Positions 37,098 to 47,661 of a stretch of 64,000 nucleotides of DNA are shown in pieces. The notes below the pieces were generated by a model that had not been told where the DNA came from, searched no databases, and saw only the letters and a list, made by a program, of their open reading frames with translations. The first letter of the stretch is position 1, and each line of letters starts with the position of its first letter. The stretch comes from an uncultured virus (IMG/VR IMGVR_UViG_3300031759_000012) (lineage: Duplodnaviria > Heunggongvirae > Uroviricota > Caudoviricetes): IMG/VR virus record IMGVR_UViG_3300031759_000012; one strand, given 5' to 3'. A program made the position numbers and the translations under genes.

Positions 37098-38147
37098 ATG
37101 CTGTCATTTGACCCCAATAAAAATTACGATAGAATTTTTTCAACCTCCATTCCAAAATGGTTATGTGCAGCATCTGACGTTCGAGAGTCAGCTTATCTAG
37201 TACCACATAGTGATCAAAGTACGGTTATTTTTCAAAAAGATAATAACATAACAGCATTGAGTAACATTTGCGCACACAAGCAATCGTTAATTTTTAAAGA
37301 GCATACGGGCAGATTAGGTACAACTATTACATGCCCTGTGCATAAATGGACCTGGGAACGTTCCGGTGCTATAAGAAAAGCACCAGGATTTGAAAACCAA
37401 ACAACAATGAATCTTAACAATATTCCTGTGTATAATTGGAATGGACACATTTTTAAAGGGCCCGATAATTGGTTGCAGGATATTGAAAAATTAGGAAATA
37501 ATACTTCATTTGTGAACATTGATAATTACAATTGGCATAGTCATCAAAAATTAGAATATAATTTTAGCTGGACTATTTTTATGGAAATTTTTCTTGATCT
37601 TTATCATGTAAAAAGTTTTCATCCAGGTCTTAGATCATTAACTGATTGTAAGGATTTTGCATGGAGTTTCGGTGATAATTGGTTGGTTCAAACAGGCAGC
37701 TTCCGTAGAGAGATGCCACTAGAACCTACATATAAGAATCTGTATGATTTTTATGTTAAGAATAAAACCTACGATACTGCTAAATTTGGTGCTGTATGGT
37801 TGTTAATCTATCCAAACATTATGATAGAATATTATCCAGGGTGCATTGTTGTCAGCACAGTTTGGCCCAACGGGCAACACAAATGTATTAATTATTTGGA
37901 CTTCTATTATGAAAAAAATCTGCTAGACATATATCCTAACTTTGCAGATGCTATGTTTGACTGTTTTATGGTAACAGCCAACGAGGACGAGGAAATAGGT
38001 CAAAGAATGCAAGCTGGAAGAGCATTAACACATAACAGGCTGCCACTTTTTAACCATCCAACAGAGGAAGTAGGTTACACTCCGTTTTTCAACTGGCTGG
38101 ACAAACAACTAAATGAATGCGAGGTTCCCACCCACCGTTGTAAATAA
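37098..38147 (+). CDS. Rieske non-heme iron oxygenase alpha subunit
   Basis: Rieske ligands NICAH...CPVHKW; mononuclear Fe site EIFLDLYHVKSFH...ED. Confidence 0.88.
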   Translation: MLSFDPNKNYDRIFSTSIPKWLCAASDVRESAYLVPHSDQSTVIFQKDNNITALSNICAHKQSLIFKEHTGRLGTTITCPVHKWTWERSGAIRKAPGFENQTTMNLNNIPVYNWNGHIFKGPDNWLQDIEKLGNNTSFVNIDNYNWHSHQKLEYNFSWTIFMEIFLDLYHVKSFHPGLRSLTDCKDFAWSFGDNWLVQTGSFRREMPLEPTYKNLYDFYVKNKTYDTAKFGAVWLLIYPNIMIEYYPGCIVVSTVWPNGQHKCINYLDFYYEKNLLDIYPNFADAMFDCFMVTANEDEEIGQRMQAGRALTHNRLPLFNHPTEEVGYTPFFNWLDKQLNECEVPTHRCK

Positions 38148-38640
38148 AATGCTCCTTGCGTGTATTGACCTTGTACCAGTGTCCATTAGCTGGCAGATGA
38201 TAACATATTGATCTAACTGCATTATTTCTAAAGCATTCGCCAAAAATTGCACTAATATTAGTCTGTAGTACAAGATGATATCTAATCTCTTTGTCAAAGT
38301 GCATACTTAATCCAGTTTTAGGCATAGCAAGCATATATCTAACTCTGCCCAGGTTTATTTTTTCATGCAAGGCAAGTTCTGTTACTATTTGCTTAGTATA
38401 ATCTGGGCAGTAGTCATTCCAGTTACTAAATTCAGCTTCTGAACTTATTGGCAATTTAGTTTCTGGATCATGAAGTCCGCCGCATGAATCTTTCCATTGG
38501 TCCTGACAATTGTCGCGATGTCGTAAGCCAATTTGATTATACGGCAGCCAATTCACATAGTTGGCTAAAACAGTGTCTAAATCCTGTCTGACGATTTTGT
38601 AATCAGATACGTAGCTTAACTTTTCTACAAATGCCGTCAA
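38089..38640 (-). CDS. 2OG-Fe(II) oxygenase, Asp/Asn beta-hydroxylase-like
   Basis: HFD...RYHL...H..YNGG.EPRIHLV. Confidence 0.7.
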   Translation of the reverse strand: MTAFVEKLSYVSDYKIVRQDLDTVLANYVNWLPYNQIGLRHRDNCQDQWKDSCGGLHDPETKLPISSEAEFSNWNDYCPDYTKQIVTELALHEKINLGRVRYMLAMPKTGLSMHFDKEIRYHLVLQTNISAIFGECFRNNAVRSICYHLPANGHWYKVNTRKEHFIYNGGWEPRIHLVVCPAS

Positions 38641-39218
38641 TTTTTATATCCTATTAACATATACCTTGAAAATTGCCAGGCAGGGTATTCGAAATCAAGT
38701 TTCCCGCTAAATTTCAAGTCCAAATCATATTGTTGTTCAAACTCTGCTAGAGATGACACACAACTAACATGAGTTGCGTGTGACATATTATTACTCTGTA
38801 ATACAAGAAGTGTTCCTTGTGGAATATCGTCGACCCACTTTGTATCTTCAAAATGTTCAACACTGCAATTTATAATAATTGTCGGTTTTTCATTGGTAAA
38901 ATTCATTTGATTACAATCGGCTGTAAATGCCTTAAATTTCCAACCTTGCCAAATCCAGTTTTCCAATAATAAATCAGCTATCGATTCTGCCGACGGATCT
39001 ATGTCAAAACTTCTTATATGTTTGATAGGAATATTATTCCTACTTAATAGTAGAAAAGACATCATACCATACCATCCGCCGTATACCCAAACAACTTGAG
39101 GTTTATCAAACTTTATTTGTTCTAATTGTTCGCATAACCAAATTTTACTACTTATTTGACCACTTGTAAAAGCATCGGGATTTATGCTGATTGTATTAGG
39201 CATGTCCAAGTTGTCCAT
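38637..39218 (-). CDS. class I SAM-dependent methyltransferase-like protein
   Basis: SKIWL, VYGGWYG, RSFDIDP, INCSVEH. Confidence 0.65.
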   Translation of the reverse strand: MDNLDMPNTISINPDAFTSGQISSKIWLCEQLEQIKFDKPQVVWVYGGWYGMMSFLLLSRNNIPIKHIRSFDIDPSAESIADLLLENWIWQGWKFKAFTADCNQMNFTNEKPTIIINCSVEHFEDTKWVDDIPQGTLLVLQSNNMSHATHVSCVSSLAEFEQQYDLDLKFSGKLDFEYPAWQFSRYMLIGYKN

Positions 39219-39486
39219 ATGTATTTTCCTCTGAGTATTCGAGTGTGAGCATCATGCTGCGATGAATAATATGTGTAATAATTTTATCATATTCCATTCG
39301 ATAATTATCGGGAATACGTGCTAGAATCAAACCTAAATTTGAAGCCAACGCACTTATAATACAATTTGCTGTCTGTTGAGGATCTAACGTATCAGATATT
39401 TTCGATTGTATATGATAAATTGTTTCATGAATCATACTGTTACAAACCGTTTGCATTTCTATCAATAGGTCATCATCTTCGTCCAT
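39196..39486 (-). CDS. hypothetical protein
   Basis: 96-aa ORF in an operon. Confidence 0.55.
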   Translation of the reverse strand: MDEDDDLLIEMQTVCNSMIHETIYHIQSKISDTLDPQQTANCIISALASNLGLILARIPDNYRMEYDKIITHIIHRSMMLTLEYSEENTYGQLGHA

Positions 39487-39695
39487 TGAAGTCTAGGTCC
39501 TTTTATTTTTTTTAAGAGTGTTTCAACTATTGTGTTAGATAATTCATCTTTGTTTTCTGGATAGGTGATATCTAGCCATTCTGCAATTTCTACACATGTT
39601 CTTTTATTATCCGCAACAAGTCTTAGCATTTGAATTGCTTCTTCTAGCTGCATTTCAAGGGCCTGTATACGAGTTATTGAACGAAAAGTTGGCAT
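39462..39695 (-). CDS. hypothetical protein
   Basis: 77-aa ORF after a TTGCAT-18-CATAGT promoter-like site. Confidence 0.55.
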   Translation of the reverse strand: MPTFRSITRIQALEMQLEEAIQMLRLVADNKRTCVEIAEWLDITYPENKDELSNTIVETLLKKIKGPRLQWTKMMTY

Positions 39696-39740
39696 AATTA
39701 ATACTATGCACTAATTTGACTAAGATATGCAAATAACAAT

Positions 39741-39767
39741 AAAAAAAGGGCCTACGGCCCTTTTTTT
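39741..39767. terminator. intrinsic terminator after the tail sheath gene
   Basis: A7-GGGCC-TAC-GGCCC-T7. Confidence 0.8.
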
Positions 39768-42700
39768 ATGAGTTAATTGCCGCAAGAGTTGTAGGCAACG
39801 GAGCACCTGTTGCAAGAACCCTTACTGGAATATAGATGAATTCTATTGCAATTTCTGGTTGTATAGCGATATCTATCCATAATTGATTTGCTGCTATTGT
39901 TGCAGGTGTATTATTACTAGAATCACATACCACCGAGAAATCGTACAGTGCTCTAGAGACAACTAGCTGTTGCAGATATGATGTAAAGACCGCTGCTACA
40001 TTTGCCCTTGTCGTTACATCATTTTGTTCAAACAAGAATGGCTGTGCCAAATTATTGAGGTTATAAGACAAATATGCAACTAATCTAGCAACGTTTACTC
40101 TATCAAGTGCACTTTGTATAGGATCAAGTGTTTTTTGGCCCCATACTACCAATCCTCTGCCTGGCATATATGCTACAGGGTTGATTGAATTTTGATATAA
40201 TACATCTCTTTGACCCTGATTTAGGGTTACAGGAATATAATTTCCAGATGCATTTAGATAACCAACACTAGAGACAGAGCTTACCAAACCGCGGTTGAAA
40301 CCTGCCGGTGCAAACCATGGAAACGATACGCTATCGCTGTAGGCTATTGTAGTAAGTGCTATCAGACTTGGAGGAACAACAACGTTGTTACCTTGTAAAT
40401 CTGCTGTTAGACCCCATGGATACCATAGTCCAATGTATGAACTGTGTGTTACCAACCCTACATCGCTATCGGTAGCAGAATCAGCCGCATTGGTAGCCCA
40501 ATTTTGTATCGAAGTACCAGTTGGTTGTAGTGTTGACGGAGTGTCACCTACAATGAATGCAACATTATTCTTATCAACATTTAACTGTACCATCTCAGCT
40601 ATGCATTCTGGATAACCTGGTGTGGCAATCAAATTGAAGTAGTTTTGACTTGCTCTAGCATCTTGACTTGCTACCAGTGCTGCATTTAGAGCTGCTACAA
40701 TGACTGCACGTTGAGCAGCAGGACCCATATATGGAGACCCGTCTGGTGCATTGCCGCTGTAGGTTACCCATGTGTCTGTTGGATACTGAGTTCCAACATT
40801 TTGTGGGAAATAGTTAACAACCCATTGCTTTACGTTATATGTACTGTATCTTGTGTTAAAGAGCAGAATATATGGAGGATATAGCAGCGGATTTGGTGCA
40901 TCAGGGTCAACAAAGGAACTTAGAATCATTGCAGAAGGAGCAGTTGAGCCATCTACCTCACCGTTAGCCGTAGCTCTTGCATCGGCAAAAATGATACCAG
41001 CACTTGTTGAATGATCGGTATTGTCAATCTGTATCCATGATGCTGTTAAGGCGTTATATCTATAGATAGCAGGATATGGAGTTATGTCAGTGTTAACCCA
41101 AATATCATAGTCAACTAATGGTGCACCTGTACTTTGAGTTACAGGAGTTGCTGAGCTTAAAATAGCACCGTTTGGATCAGTACCTGGATACATCATTTTA
41201 TAGCCTAGCCATTGTTCTCCATTGTTCACCATAATATCAACTTGTAGACTGTTATTATACCATAAAGTTCCATTAGCTGGTGGACCATTTGGGGCTAGTC
41301 TGCTTGGAACATAATCTAGTTCTACCCATGAAGTACCGTTCCAAATTTGCAGTACAATGTTACCTACAGCAGGTGATAAGCCATAGTAATTGTATTGAGC
41401 AAAGATGCTGCCTATGCCCTTTAGTCCACCAAATGCTGTGTCTGCTGCAGATGTTGAACTGTAAAGTGGTATGGTACCTGTATTTGGCACAGTATTCTGG
41501 CTTATCCATTCGCCGCTTACGTAACGTTTGACAATTAGGTTTGTACCAAGACCAGCTGGTGTTGTATTAAGCCATACATTGTTCATAGCCAATTGATAGA
41601 GTTGGCCAGGTACTGTAAGACTTGGCGAGTAACCTTGATAAACCATTGTGCGAGCAAATGTTACACCGGCTGCAATACCTGCATTGTACAATGGACTGCC
41701 GCTTAGATCTTCTAGTGTGAAGGCAGTACCGTTATTGTTGGTTATAACCAATTGATTACTTGTACTGATAGATGCTGAGATTGGCCCTGCAGGGAAAGCA
41801 ACAGTATTGATTTCGTTTACAAGTCCTGCTAGATTGTTGTATGGGCTTGCTGGTACGTGAACAACTACTGGGCTTAAACCAGGTAATGTTATGCTAAAAC
41901 TAGTGCTTGTCAGCCATGTTGATGTTAGATTAAAAGTAGCTCCTACACCAGTGCCACCTGTGATTGACACCGGATTACTTGGATAAATTGTGTAATTACC
42001 CGGTGTTGATACAGAAACGTTGTTTACACCCCATGTTAGGTCGATAGTAGCTCCTACACCCGCACCACTTGTAGCCGAAGCACTTGTATTCATAGTAGGT
42101 GGTGTAAGACCTGTAAATTGTCCAGCTTGAGTGATTGTTACACCTGTAATACCACCGCTGCCATTAATTGCATCAACAGTTACAATTACTGTAACAGGAT
42201 AATTTGCATTGTTACTACCAAATGTTAGGGTATCATTAACACGATATCCTGTACCTGGGGAATTTGGATTGGCACCTACAACTTGTAAACTATTAACCGT
42301 TAGTACTGTAGGTGATGTTTGTGTGCCGCCGTTTACAGTTAATAGGTCGCCGTTTAGATAGTTACTTCCTGGTGCTACCACACTAGCAGATTGTGTTTGA
42401 AGCGTAGCAGCAGTAAATGTTGGATTACGGACGCTACCTGTTACACTTGCCCAGTAGGTGTTTGTAGGACTAATACCACAGTCTTCCCAAGGTGTATTGT
42501 TTCCGTATTGGTCGGTTAAATCTTTAATATAGATCTGAGTAGAATCAAAATTAGTAAGTGTTAGGTAGTTATTGCCGCCTTGCGTTGTGATAGATGCTAC
42601 AGCATTTGTGCCAACAAGTGCTGTATTTAGAGCGGATACAAACCCTGCTAGGGTATTATTAGGGGATGCTGGTACTTGTACTGTTGTTATAGAACCAGAC

Positions 42701-43851
42701 CCAATTTGTATAGTGCATTGTTCTAATGCGATCAATGTTGGATTAGGCTTTGTACCAGTAATCACTGTAGGAACGGCACCTTGCCATGAGAAACCAGGGT
42801 TTTCAATTTCTGTAGTGCCAACTTGGAACCACCAATCTGTTGTGCTATTACTGGTTACAAGTGTAATTTTTTGGAAAATTGAGTTTGAATAAAGGCCTTC
42901 TGCATCTTCAAGTGTGTTGACAGCATAATTGCCGGCAATGCCTAAGGATGCCACAGGCGCCACATAGTTAACTGGATCAGCAGACAATCCTAGATCTGCA
43001 AGAATACTTGGCGTGCTTGTAGCAGGAGGCTCACCGCTCAATGTTATTTGTTGAGTGTAATCGGAACTTATTATGCGTATGTTGAAAATGTCCCCATAAC
43101 CACCGCTCGATAGTTTTCCTTGTTTAATGAAAACACTAGCTGATATGCCAAGTAATTGCAGTGAAACATTTGTATTAATAGTACTAGCTACTTGAGATAT
43201 GCTCATCCCTGCTGTTAGTTGCACAGGAACATTGTTGATTGCTAGTATACCATTATGAGTGATACAGCTAGCAGAACCACTTGTGATTGGACCGTTAGCT
43301 ACACTCAACCCCTGTACCATTCTTTCTAATTGTTTTGAGGATGTAATTACTGTAGGTGTTTGAGACTGCCATGCATAGGCAGGATTTATGTTACCATTAC
43401 TTTGAAAAATGCCCCAACTTGAATTTGTTAGGTCTAACCAATAAGTACCTGCTGTCGTTGGGCCAGTTGGCTCAGTTGTGCTAGGAATCAGTTGGTCTAG
43501 GTCTACGTCTGCTCGTATCACAAAGGCGTTTGATGCAACTCCGAGATATGTATAAAGTGTGAATAGTCCAAGTTCATTTAGCTCGTTGTTGTATTGAACA
43601 GACCCACCTGAGCTATAAAATGTTGGATTTCCAAAAGTCTGTAGTGCATCTCTCTGGCTAGTAATAAGATACAGATTACCTGCATTAGCAGGCAATGTAC
43701 CTGGTGCAATTGCTGTAGTGCTCCCTGGTGCTAATTTATTTGAAGCTGTAGCAATTACAATTAATGGAACGGTTCCCGGGCCGCTTGTGCCATATGCACT
43801 TTGGTCAATAATTTGAACCTGTACGCCTGGGGAAACTAAAGTACCTGACAT
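39766..43851 (-). CDS. gp18: contractile tail sheath protein with large insertions
   Basis: LVSPGVQV start; WFAPAGFNRG, RDVLYQNSINPV, WGQKTL, LDRVNVARL, IEFIYIP; 1361 aa. Confidence 0.93.
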   Translation of the reverse strand: MSGTLVSPGVQVQIIDQSAYGTSGPGTVPLIVIATASNKLAPGSTTAIAPGTLPANAGNLYLITSQRDALQTFGNPTFYSSGGSVQYNNELNELGLFTLYTYLGVASNAFVIRADVDLDQLIPSTTEPTGPTTAGTYWLDLTNSSWGIFQSNGNINPAYAWQSQTPTVITSSKQLERMVQGLSVANGPITSGSASCITHNGILAINNVPVQLTAGMSISQVASTINTNVSLQLLGISASVFIKQGKLSSGGYGDIFNIRIISSDYTQQITLSGEPPATSTPSILADLGLSADPVNYVAPVASLGIAGNYAVNTLEDAEGLYSNSIFQKITLVTSNSTTDWWFQVGTTEIENPGFSWQGAVPTVITGTKPNPTLIALEQCTIQIGSGSITTVQVPASPNNTLAGFVSALNTALVGTNAVASITTQGGNNYLTLTNFDSTQIYIKDLTDQYGNNTPWEDCGISPTNTYWASVTGSVRNPTFTAATLQTQSASVVAPGSNYLNGDLLTVNGGTQTSPTVLTVNSLQVVGANPNSPGTGYRVNDTLTFGSNNANYPVTVIVTVDAINGSGGITGVTITQAGQFTGLTPPTMNTSASATSGAGVGATIDLTWGVNNVSVSTPGNYTIYPSNPVSITGGTGVGATFNLTSTWLTSTSFSITLPGLSPVVVHVPASPYNNLAGLVNEINTVAFPAGPISASISTSNQLVITNNNGTAFTLEDLSGSPLYNAGIAAGVTFARTMVYQGYSPSLTVPGQLYQLAMNNVWLNTTPAGLGTNLIVKRYVSGEWISQNTVPNTGTIPLYSSTSAADTAFGGLKGIGSIFAQYNYYGLSPAVGNIVLQIWNGTSWVELDYVPSRLAPNGPPANGTLWYNNSLQVDIMVNNGEQWLGYKMMYPGTDPNGAILSSATPVTQSTGAPLVDYDIWVNTDITPYPAIYRYNALTASWIQIDNTDHSTSAGIIFADARATANGEVDGSTAPSAMILSSFVDPDAPNPLLYPPYILLFNTRYSTYNVKQWVVNYFPQNVGTQYPTDTWVTYSGNAPDGSPYMGPAAQRAVIVAALNAALVASQDARASQNYFNLIATPGYPECIAEMVQLNVDKNNVAFIVGDTPSTLQPTGTSIQNWATNAADSATDSDVGLVTHSSYIGLWYPWGLTADLQGNNVVVPPSLIALTTIAYSDSVSFPWFAPAGFNRGLVSSVSSVGYLNASGNYIPVTLNQGQRDVLYQNSINPVAYMPGRGLVVWGQKTLDPIQSALDRVNVARLVAYLSYNLNNLAQPFLFEQNDVTTRANVAAVFTSYLQQLVVSRALYDFSVVCDSSNNTPATIAANQLWIDIAIQPEIAIEFIYIPVRVLATGAPLPTTLAAINS

Positions 43852-43968
43852 GATTTACCTCACGTTAAAATTTTTTGTCGCAAACTATTTATTCAATCGC
43901 CTGTAAAACCACATGGATATAACGCTTAGGTACTTGATATTATTTCTTTAACAAAATAAACTGTCTAT

Positions 43969-44568
43969 ATGAGTAAAAAAATTATCGGTGTTTTAGGATT
44001 TATAGGTTCTGGCAAAGGGACCATAGGTAACTATCTTGTTTCAGACTATAATTTTGTGTCAGTTTCATTTGCAGCAGCACTAAAAGATACGTTATCAGCA
44101 ATCTTCAAATGGCCCAGAGACATGCTAGAAGGCGATACAGCTGAATCACGTATATGGAGGGAAACTGAAGATATATGGTGGTCTAAGAAATTGGGCACAA
44201 CTGTAACACCAAGATGGGCTATGCAGCAAATTGGTACTGATCTATTTCGTCATAAATTTCATAACGACATTTGGTCATTAAGTCTTGAAAGACTTTTGCA
44301 CAATTGTCATTCAGACGTTGTCGTAACAGACGTAAGATTTCCTAATGAGTTAGAAATGGTTAAAAACCTAAACGGTCAGTTATGGTGGGTTAAACGAGAA
44401 ATACCCAATTGGTATGATATTGCACGAGAAAATCCACAACTTATGCCAAGCTTGCACCCGCTTGTTCACGTGAGTGAATACATATGGATTAATTCCGGGC
44501 CATTTATAGAGCTGGATAATACGTCGACCTTAGATAATTTAAAATTACAAATAGATAGATTACTATAA
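43969..44568 (+). CDS. deoxynucleoside monophosphate kinase, T4 gp1-like
   Basis: GFIGSGKGT, SFAAALKD, TPRWAMQQIGTD, VTDVRFPNE. Confidence 0.9.
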   Translation: MSKKIIGVLGFIGSGKGTIGNYLVSDYNFVSVSFAAALKDTLSAIFKWPRDMLEGDTAESRIWRETEDIWWSKKLGTTVTPRWAMQQIGTDLFRHKFHNDIWSLSLERLLHNCHSDVVVTDVRFPNELEMVKNLNGQLWWVKREIPNWYDIARENPQLMPSLHPLVHVSEYIWINSGPFIELDNTSTLDNLKLQIDRLL

Positions 44569-45131
44569 TGGAAAATATATGTTTTAGCGGTGGAGCAGCC
44601 GGCGCAGATCATGCCTGGGGTCTCATGGCATTAGATAGAGGGCATAATCTGATACATTTCAGTTTTAATGGACATAAAACAAGCTCAAGCTCTAATATAG
44701 AGCTGTTGTCTAAGACACAATTACTTGAGGCAGATGTTAGACTTATAGAAGCAGCCAAGTCCATGCGTAGACGTTATCCTTCTCAAAAAGAAGGCGTAAA
44801 CAATTTATTGCGCCGTAATTGGTACCAAGTTAGATTTGCCGAAAGAGTCTATGCAATAAGCAAACTTGTAGACGATGATCCAGGAAAATTAAAAATTGCA
44901 GGCGGCACAGCATGGGCCTGTCAAATGTATGTAGATAGATGGTACGAAGAGAGAAATTTTCCAGAGTGTGAGTTGTATCTATTTGATATGAATACAAACA
45001 AATGGATGCAATGGTGGGAAACATGGAAAGAAATAAAGGAACCGCCAACCCCTCATGGTAGATACGCAGGAATTGGCAGCCGTGATATTACTGACGAAGG
45101 CATACGTGCAATTTTTACAGCCTATGGATGA
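44568..45131 (+). CDS. SLOG/DprA-like nucleotide-binding hypothetical protein
   Basis: SGGAAGAD, LLRRNWYQV, GGTAWA, AGIGSR. Confidence 0.55.
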   Translation: MENICFSGGAAGADHAWGLMALDRGHNLIHFSFNGHKTSSSSNIELLSKTQLLEADVRLIEAAKSMRRRYPSQKEGVNNLLRRNWYQVRFAERVYAISKLVDDDPGKLKIAGGTAWACQMYVDRWYEERNFPECELYLFDMNTNKWMQWWETWKEIKEPPTPHGRYAGIGSRDITDEGIRAIFTAYG

Positions 45132-45610
45132 AGAGATAGCCCTTCAAAGATGCTTGTAAATTTTACATCATTGCGATCTCCAACGAACCAAGCACAGGTT
45201 AGCTCTGGGCGCACCATTAGAACCTTGCCGTTATCCATAACTTTGATGATCTTGGTTGCATCGTCTTGCGGGATGAGGTTTGCAATTTCCATACTCTCAA
45301 CAAAGAATGGATAGCTAGGATCAATCACTCGATCATAGGCGATCTCGCTCTTCAGCTTGCCAAGTACAGCATCCATGATACCGGTAATCTGTGGTCCTGT
45401 TGCACCAAGCACAATGGTTGTGTTGAAATGATCAGCCCCTTGTTCAAGACCTAGATTCACATATTCCTGTACCAGGATGTGCAGACTGTGTTTGACTACC
45501 ATTTGCACGCCAGCATGATGCACTTGTGCAGCTAGCTTCCCAGAATTCATGCTGGGTAAATCTGTACGTGCCAGTACGTAAACGGCTAGATCTCGATCTT
45601 CTCGATCCAT
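45122..45610 (-). CDS. peptidyl-tRNA hydrolase type 2-like protein
   Basis: YVLARTDL.SMNSGKLAAQVHHA matches the Pth2 signature. Confidence 0.7.
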   Translation of the reverse strand: MDREDRDLAVYVLARTDLPSMNSGKLAAQVHHAGVQMVVKHSLHILVQEYVNLGLEQGADHFNTTIVLGATGPQITGIMDAVLGKLKSEIAYDRVIDPSYPFFVESMEIANLIPQDDATKIIKVMDNGKVLMVRPELTCAWFVGDRNDVKFTSIFEGLSLHP

Positions 45611-45672
45611 TTGAAATTCCTATTAATTATAATTTAACATAAGATAGCATAGAAGTTTTAAACAGTCAACGA

Positions 45673-46446
45673 TTAACCTATGACAATTAACGGCGGATTA
45701 CTTGCATCTATATAGAGATCTAGTTCTTTTTCTAAACCTTCGCGTTCCGCTATTGCCTCTTGTTTTAGTGCATCGCCTTTTAGTGTTGTTCCTCCGCCTG
45801 GACCAACTATGGTATTATACTTGCTGTATGCTTCACCTAATTGAGTTTTACACCAACTCAAAGCATATGACCTTATCCACGGACGAATAAAAGGATCTTG
45901 TAGTAATTCGTCGTCTACTCTTGTTCGCTGACACCACAATACAACAGTTTCTCCTCCGGTTGGCTTGCGTATCAGTTGTAAAACTTTAGTAACCGGATTG
46001 AATGTGTAATTCATATATGCACCAAACATACGCCCAGCTTGTTTCAGATATTCATTGAACAATTCGTAGGTTAGTAATCCAGCAGTATAGCCGCCGCCGG
46101 CGCCAGCTTGAAGTAGATACAAATTCGTATATGCCAGAGAGAACGGATCAAGATATGTACCACCTTGTGTTTCTCCTAGTCCTCTTCTATAAATGCCACG
46201 CACTTGAATAATTTCATCCGGTAGTGTATATTGGTTAGTTTCATATAAAATATGTAAAAAATAATATGATTCTTCTGTAGCATTACCTGCACGCTGTCTG
46301 TATCTATCAAATGCTAATGTCATTGCATTTTCATAATGCTCAGGGTCAAGTTCAATGTCGACCATTTGGCCGCCCATCATTAGTCTTATTTGATCAATAA
46401 TTTGTTGTCTAAGCGGTGTTGCCATAATTGTATATCCTAATATCAA
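45673..46446 (-). CDS. gp13: neck protein gp13-like
   Basis: VDIELDPEHY, LGEAYSKY..I.GPGGGTTLKGDALK; TAAATA 46448-46453. Confidence 0.8.
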   Translation of the reverse strand: MILGYTIMATPLRQQIIDQIRLMMGGQMVDIELDPEHYENAMTLAFDRYRQRAGNATEESYYFLHILYETNQYTLPDEIIQVRGIYRRGLGETQGGTYLDPFSLAYTNLYLLQAGAGGGYTAGLLTYELFNEYLKQAGRMFGAYMNYTFNPVTKVLQLIRKPTGGETVVLWCQRTRVDDELLQDPFIRPWIRSYALSWCKTQLGEAYSKYNTIVGPGGGTTLKGDALKQEAIAEREGLEKELDLYIDASNPPLIVIG

Positions 46447-46507
46447 TTATTTAGTTCTACAACTAGGGCATCACTAAATAATGATATATGTTATAAGGTG
46501 ATAGAAC

Positions 46508-47650
46508 ATGCCTCAATTGAGCCTTTGGCGCGGCCAAGCTGTAAAAACAAACGATTACAAATTCTTTGATAGGGTAATCAAAGAGATGTACAATGTCGGA
46601 GGCACTGAATTTTACATACATAAAACAATCGGTACATATGCACAGGATCCGGGTACTAACGATACATTGTCTGTTGATGTTAGCACATCTGGCGCCCAAG
46701 ATCCAAATACAACTATCCAAGACGTTTTGAATATGGAAAATAGAGATAGAAAATATGATCCAAATGTATACAGTCTCAAAGGGCACTATCAAGTAGCTGA
46801 TTTGGAATTTGATCTACGACAATTTGGTTTGTTTTTAAGTAATGACACTATTTTTATCACTTTTCATCTAAACGCGATGTTGGATATGATTGGTAGAAAA
46901 CTCATGAGCGGAGATGTTATAGAGATACTTCACCAACGAGACGATTCTGTTTTAGGGTCAGACGCGGCTATAAATCGTTATTATGTTGTTGAAGATGGAA
47001 CTCGACCTGCAGAAGGATATAGTCCTACATGGTGGCCGCATTTGTGGCGTGTTAAATGCAATCCTATAACAGATAGCACAGAATTTAGAGATATTATGCA
47101 ATCACCATTGTTAGATGCAAGTGGAGATCCAGTACCGGCATTAGACGGCAACGGTGGATATGCAACTGTAGGCGATGCGCTCAGTACCCGAGACGCTGAA
47201 AATAAAATCACAGATGCAATTGCTGCGGCGGCACAAGCCGAAGTTCCTTTTTATTATTTTCAAACGCAACATTTTTATATACTTCCAGGACAAGATCCTA
47301 ATGTGATTGGAAGTCCAATAATTGGTGATAATGATATATGGACGGGTGATGGTATTCCTCCTAATGGCAGCAAACCTGTAAATTGTGGAACATCATGGCC
47401 CGCAAATCCACTAAACGGTGATTATTTTTTACGAACAGATTGGTGTCCTCCTCAACTATTTCAATATGATAAAAGTATCTGGTATAGAGTGCAAACTGAC
47501 TTCCGTAATCAATGGTTACCTGCAAATCAAGGACTAGTAAGTTTCATAAATAACATGAACATTACTACCTTGCAAAATGGTGTTCAAATACCTGAACAAC
47601 AAAATTTACGCACAGCAGTGAAACCAAAACTAGATCCAGACATAATATAA
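46508..47650 (+). CDS. gp14: neck/head closure protein gp14-like
   Basis: IQDVLNMENRDRKYD, FDLRQFGLFL, GDVIEI; TAAATA 46475-46480. Confidence 0.7.
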   Translation: MPQLSLWRGQAVKTNDYKFFDRVIKEMYNVGGTEFYIHKTIGTYAQDPGTNDTLSVDVSTSGAQDPNTTIQDVLNMENRDRKYDPNVYSLKGHYQVADLEFDLRQFGLFLSNDTIFITFHLNAMLDMIGRKLMSGDVIEILHQRDDSVLGSDAAINRYYVVEDGTRPAEGYSPTWWPHLWRVKCNPITDSTEFRDIMQSPLLDASGDPVPALDGNGGYATVGDALSTRDAENKITDAIAAAAQAEVPFYYFQTQHFYILPGQDPNVIGSPIIGDNDIWTGDGIPPNGSKPVNCGTSWPANPLNGDYFLRTDWCPPQLFQYDKSIWYRVQTDFRNQWLPANQGLVSFINNMNITTLQNGVQIPEQQNLRTAVKPKLDPDII

Positions 47651-47661
47651 GGAGTATTGGC

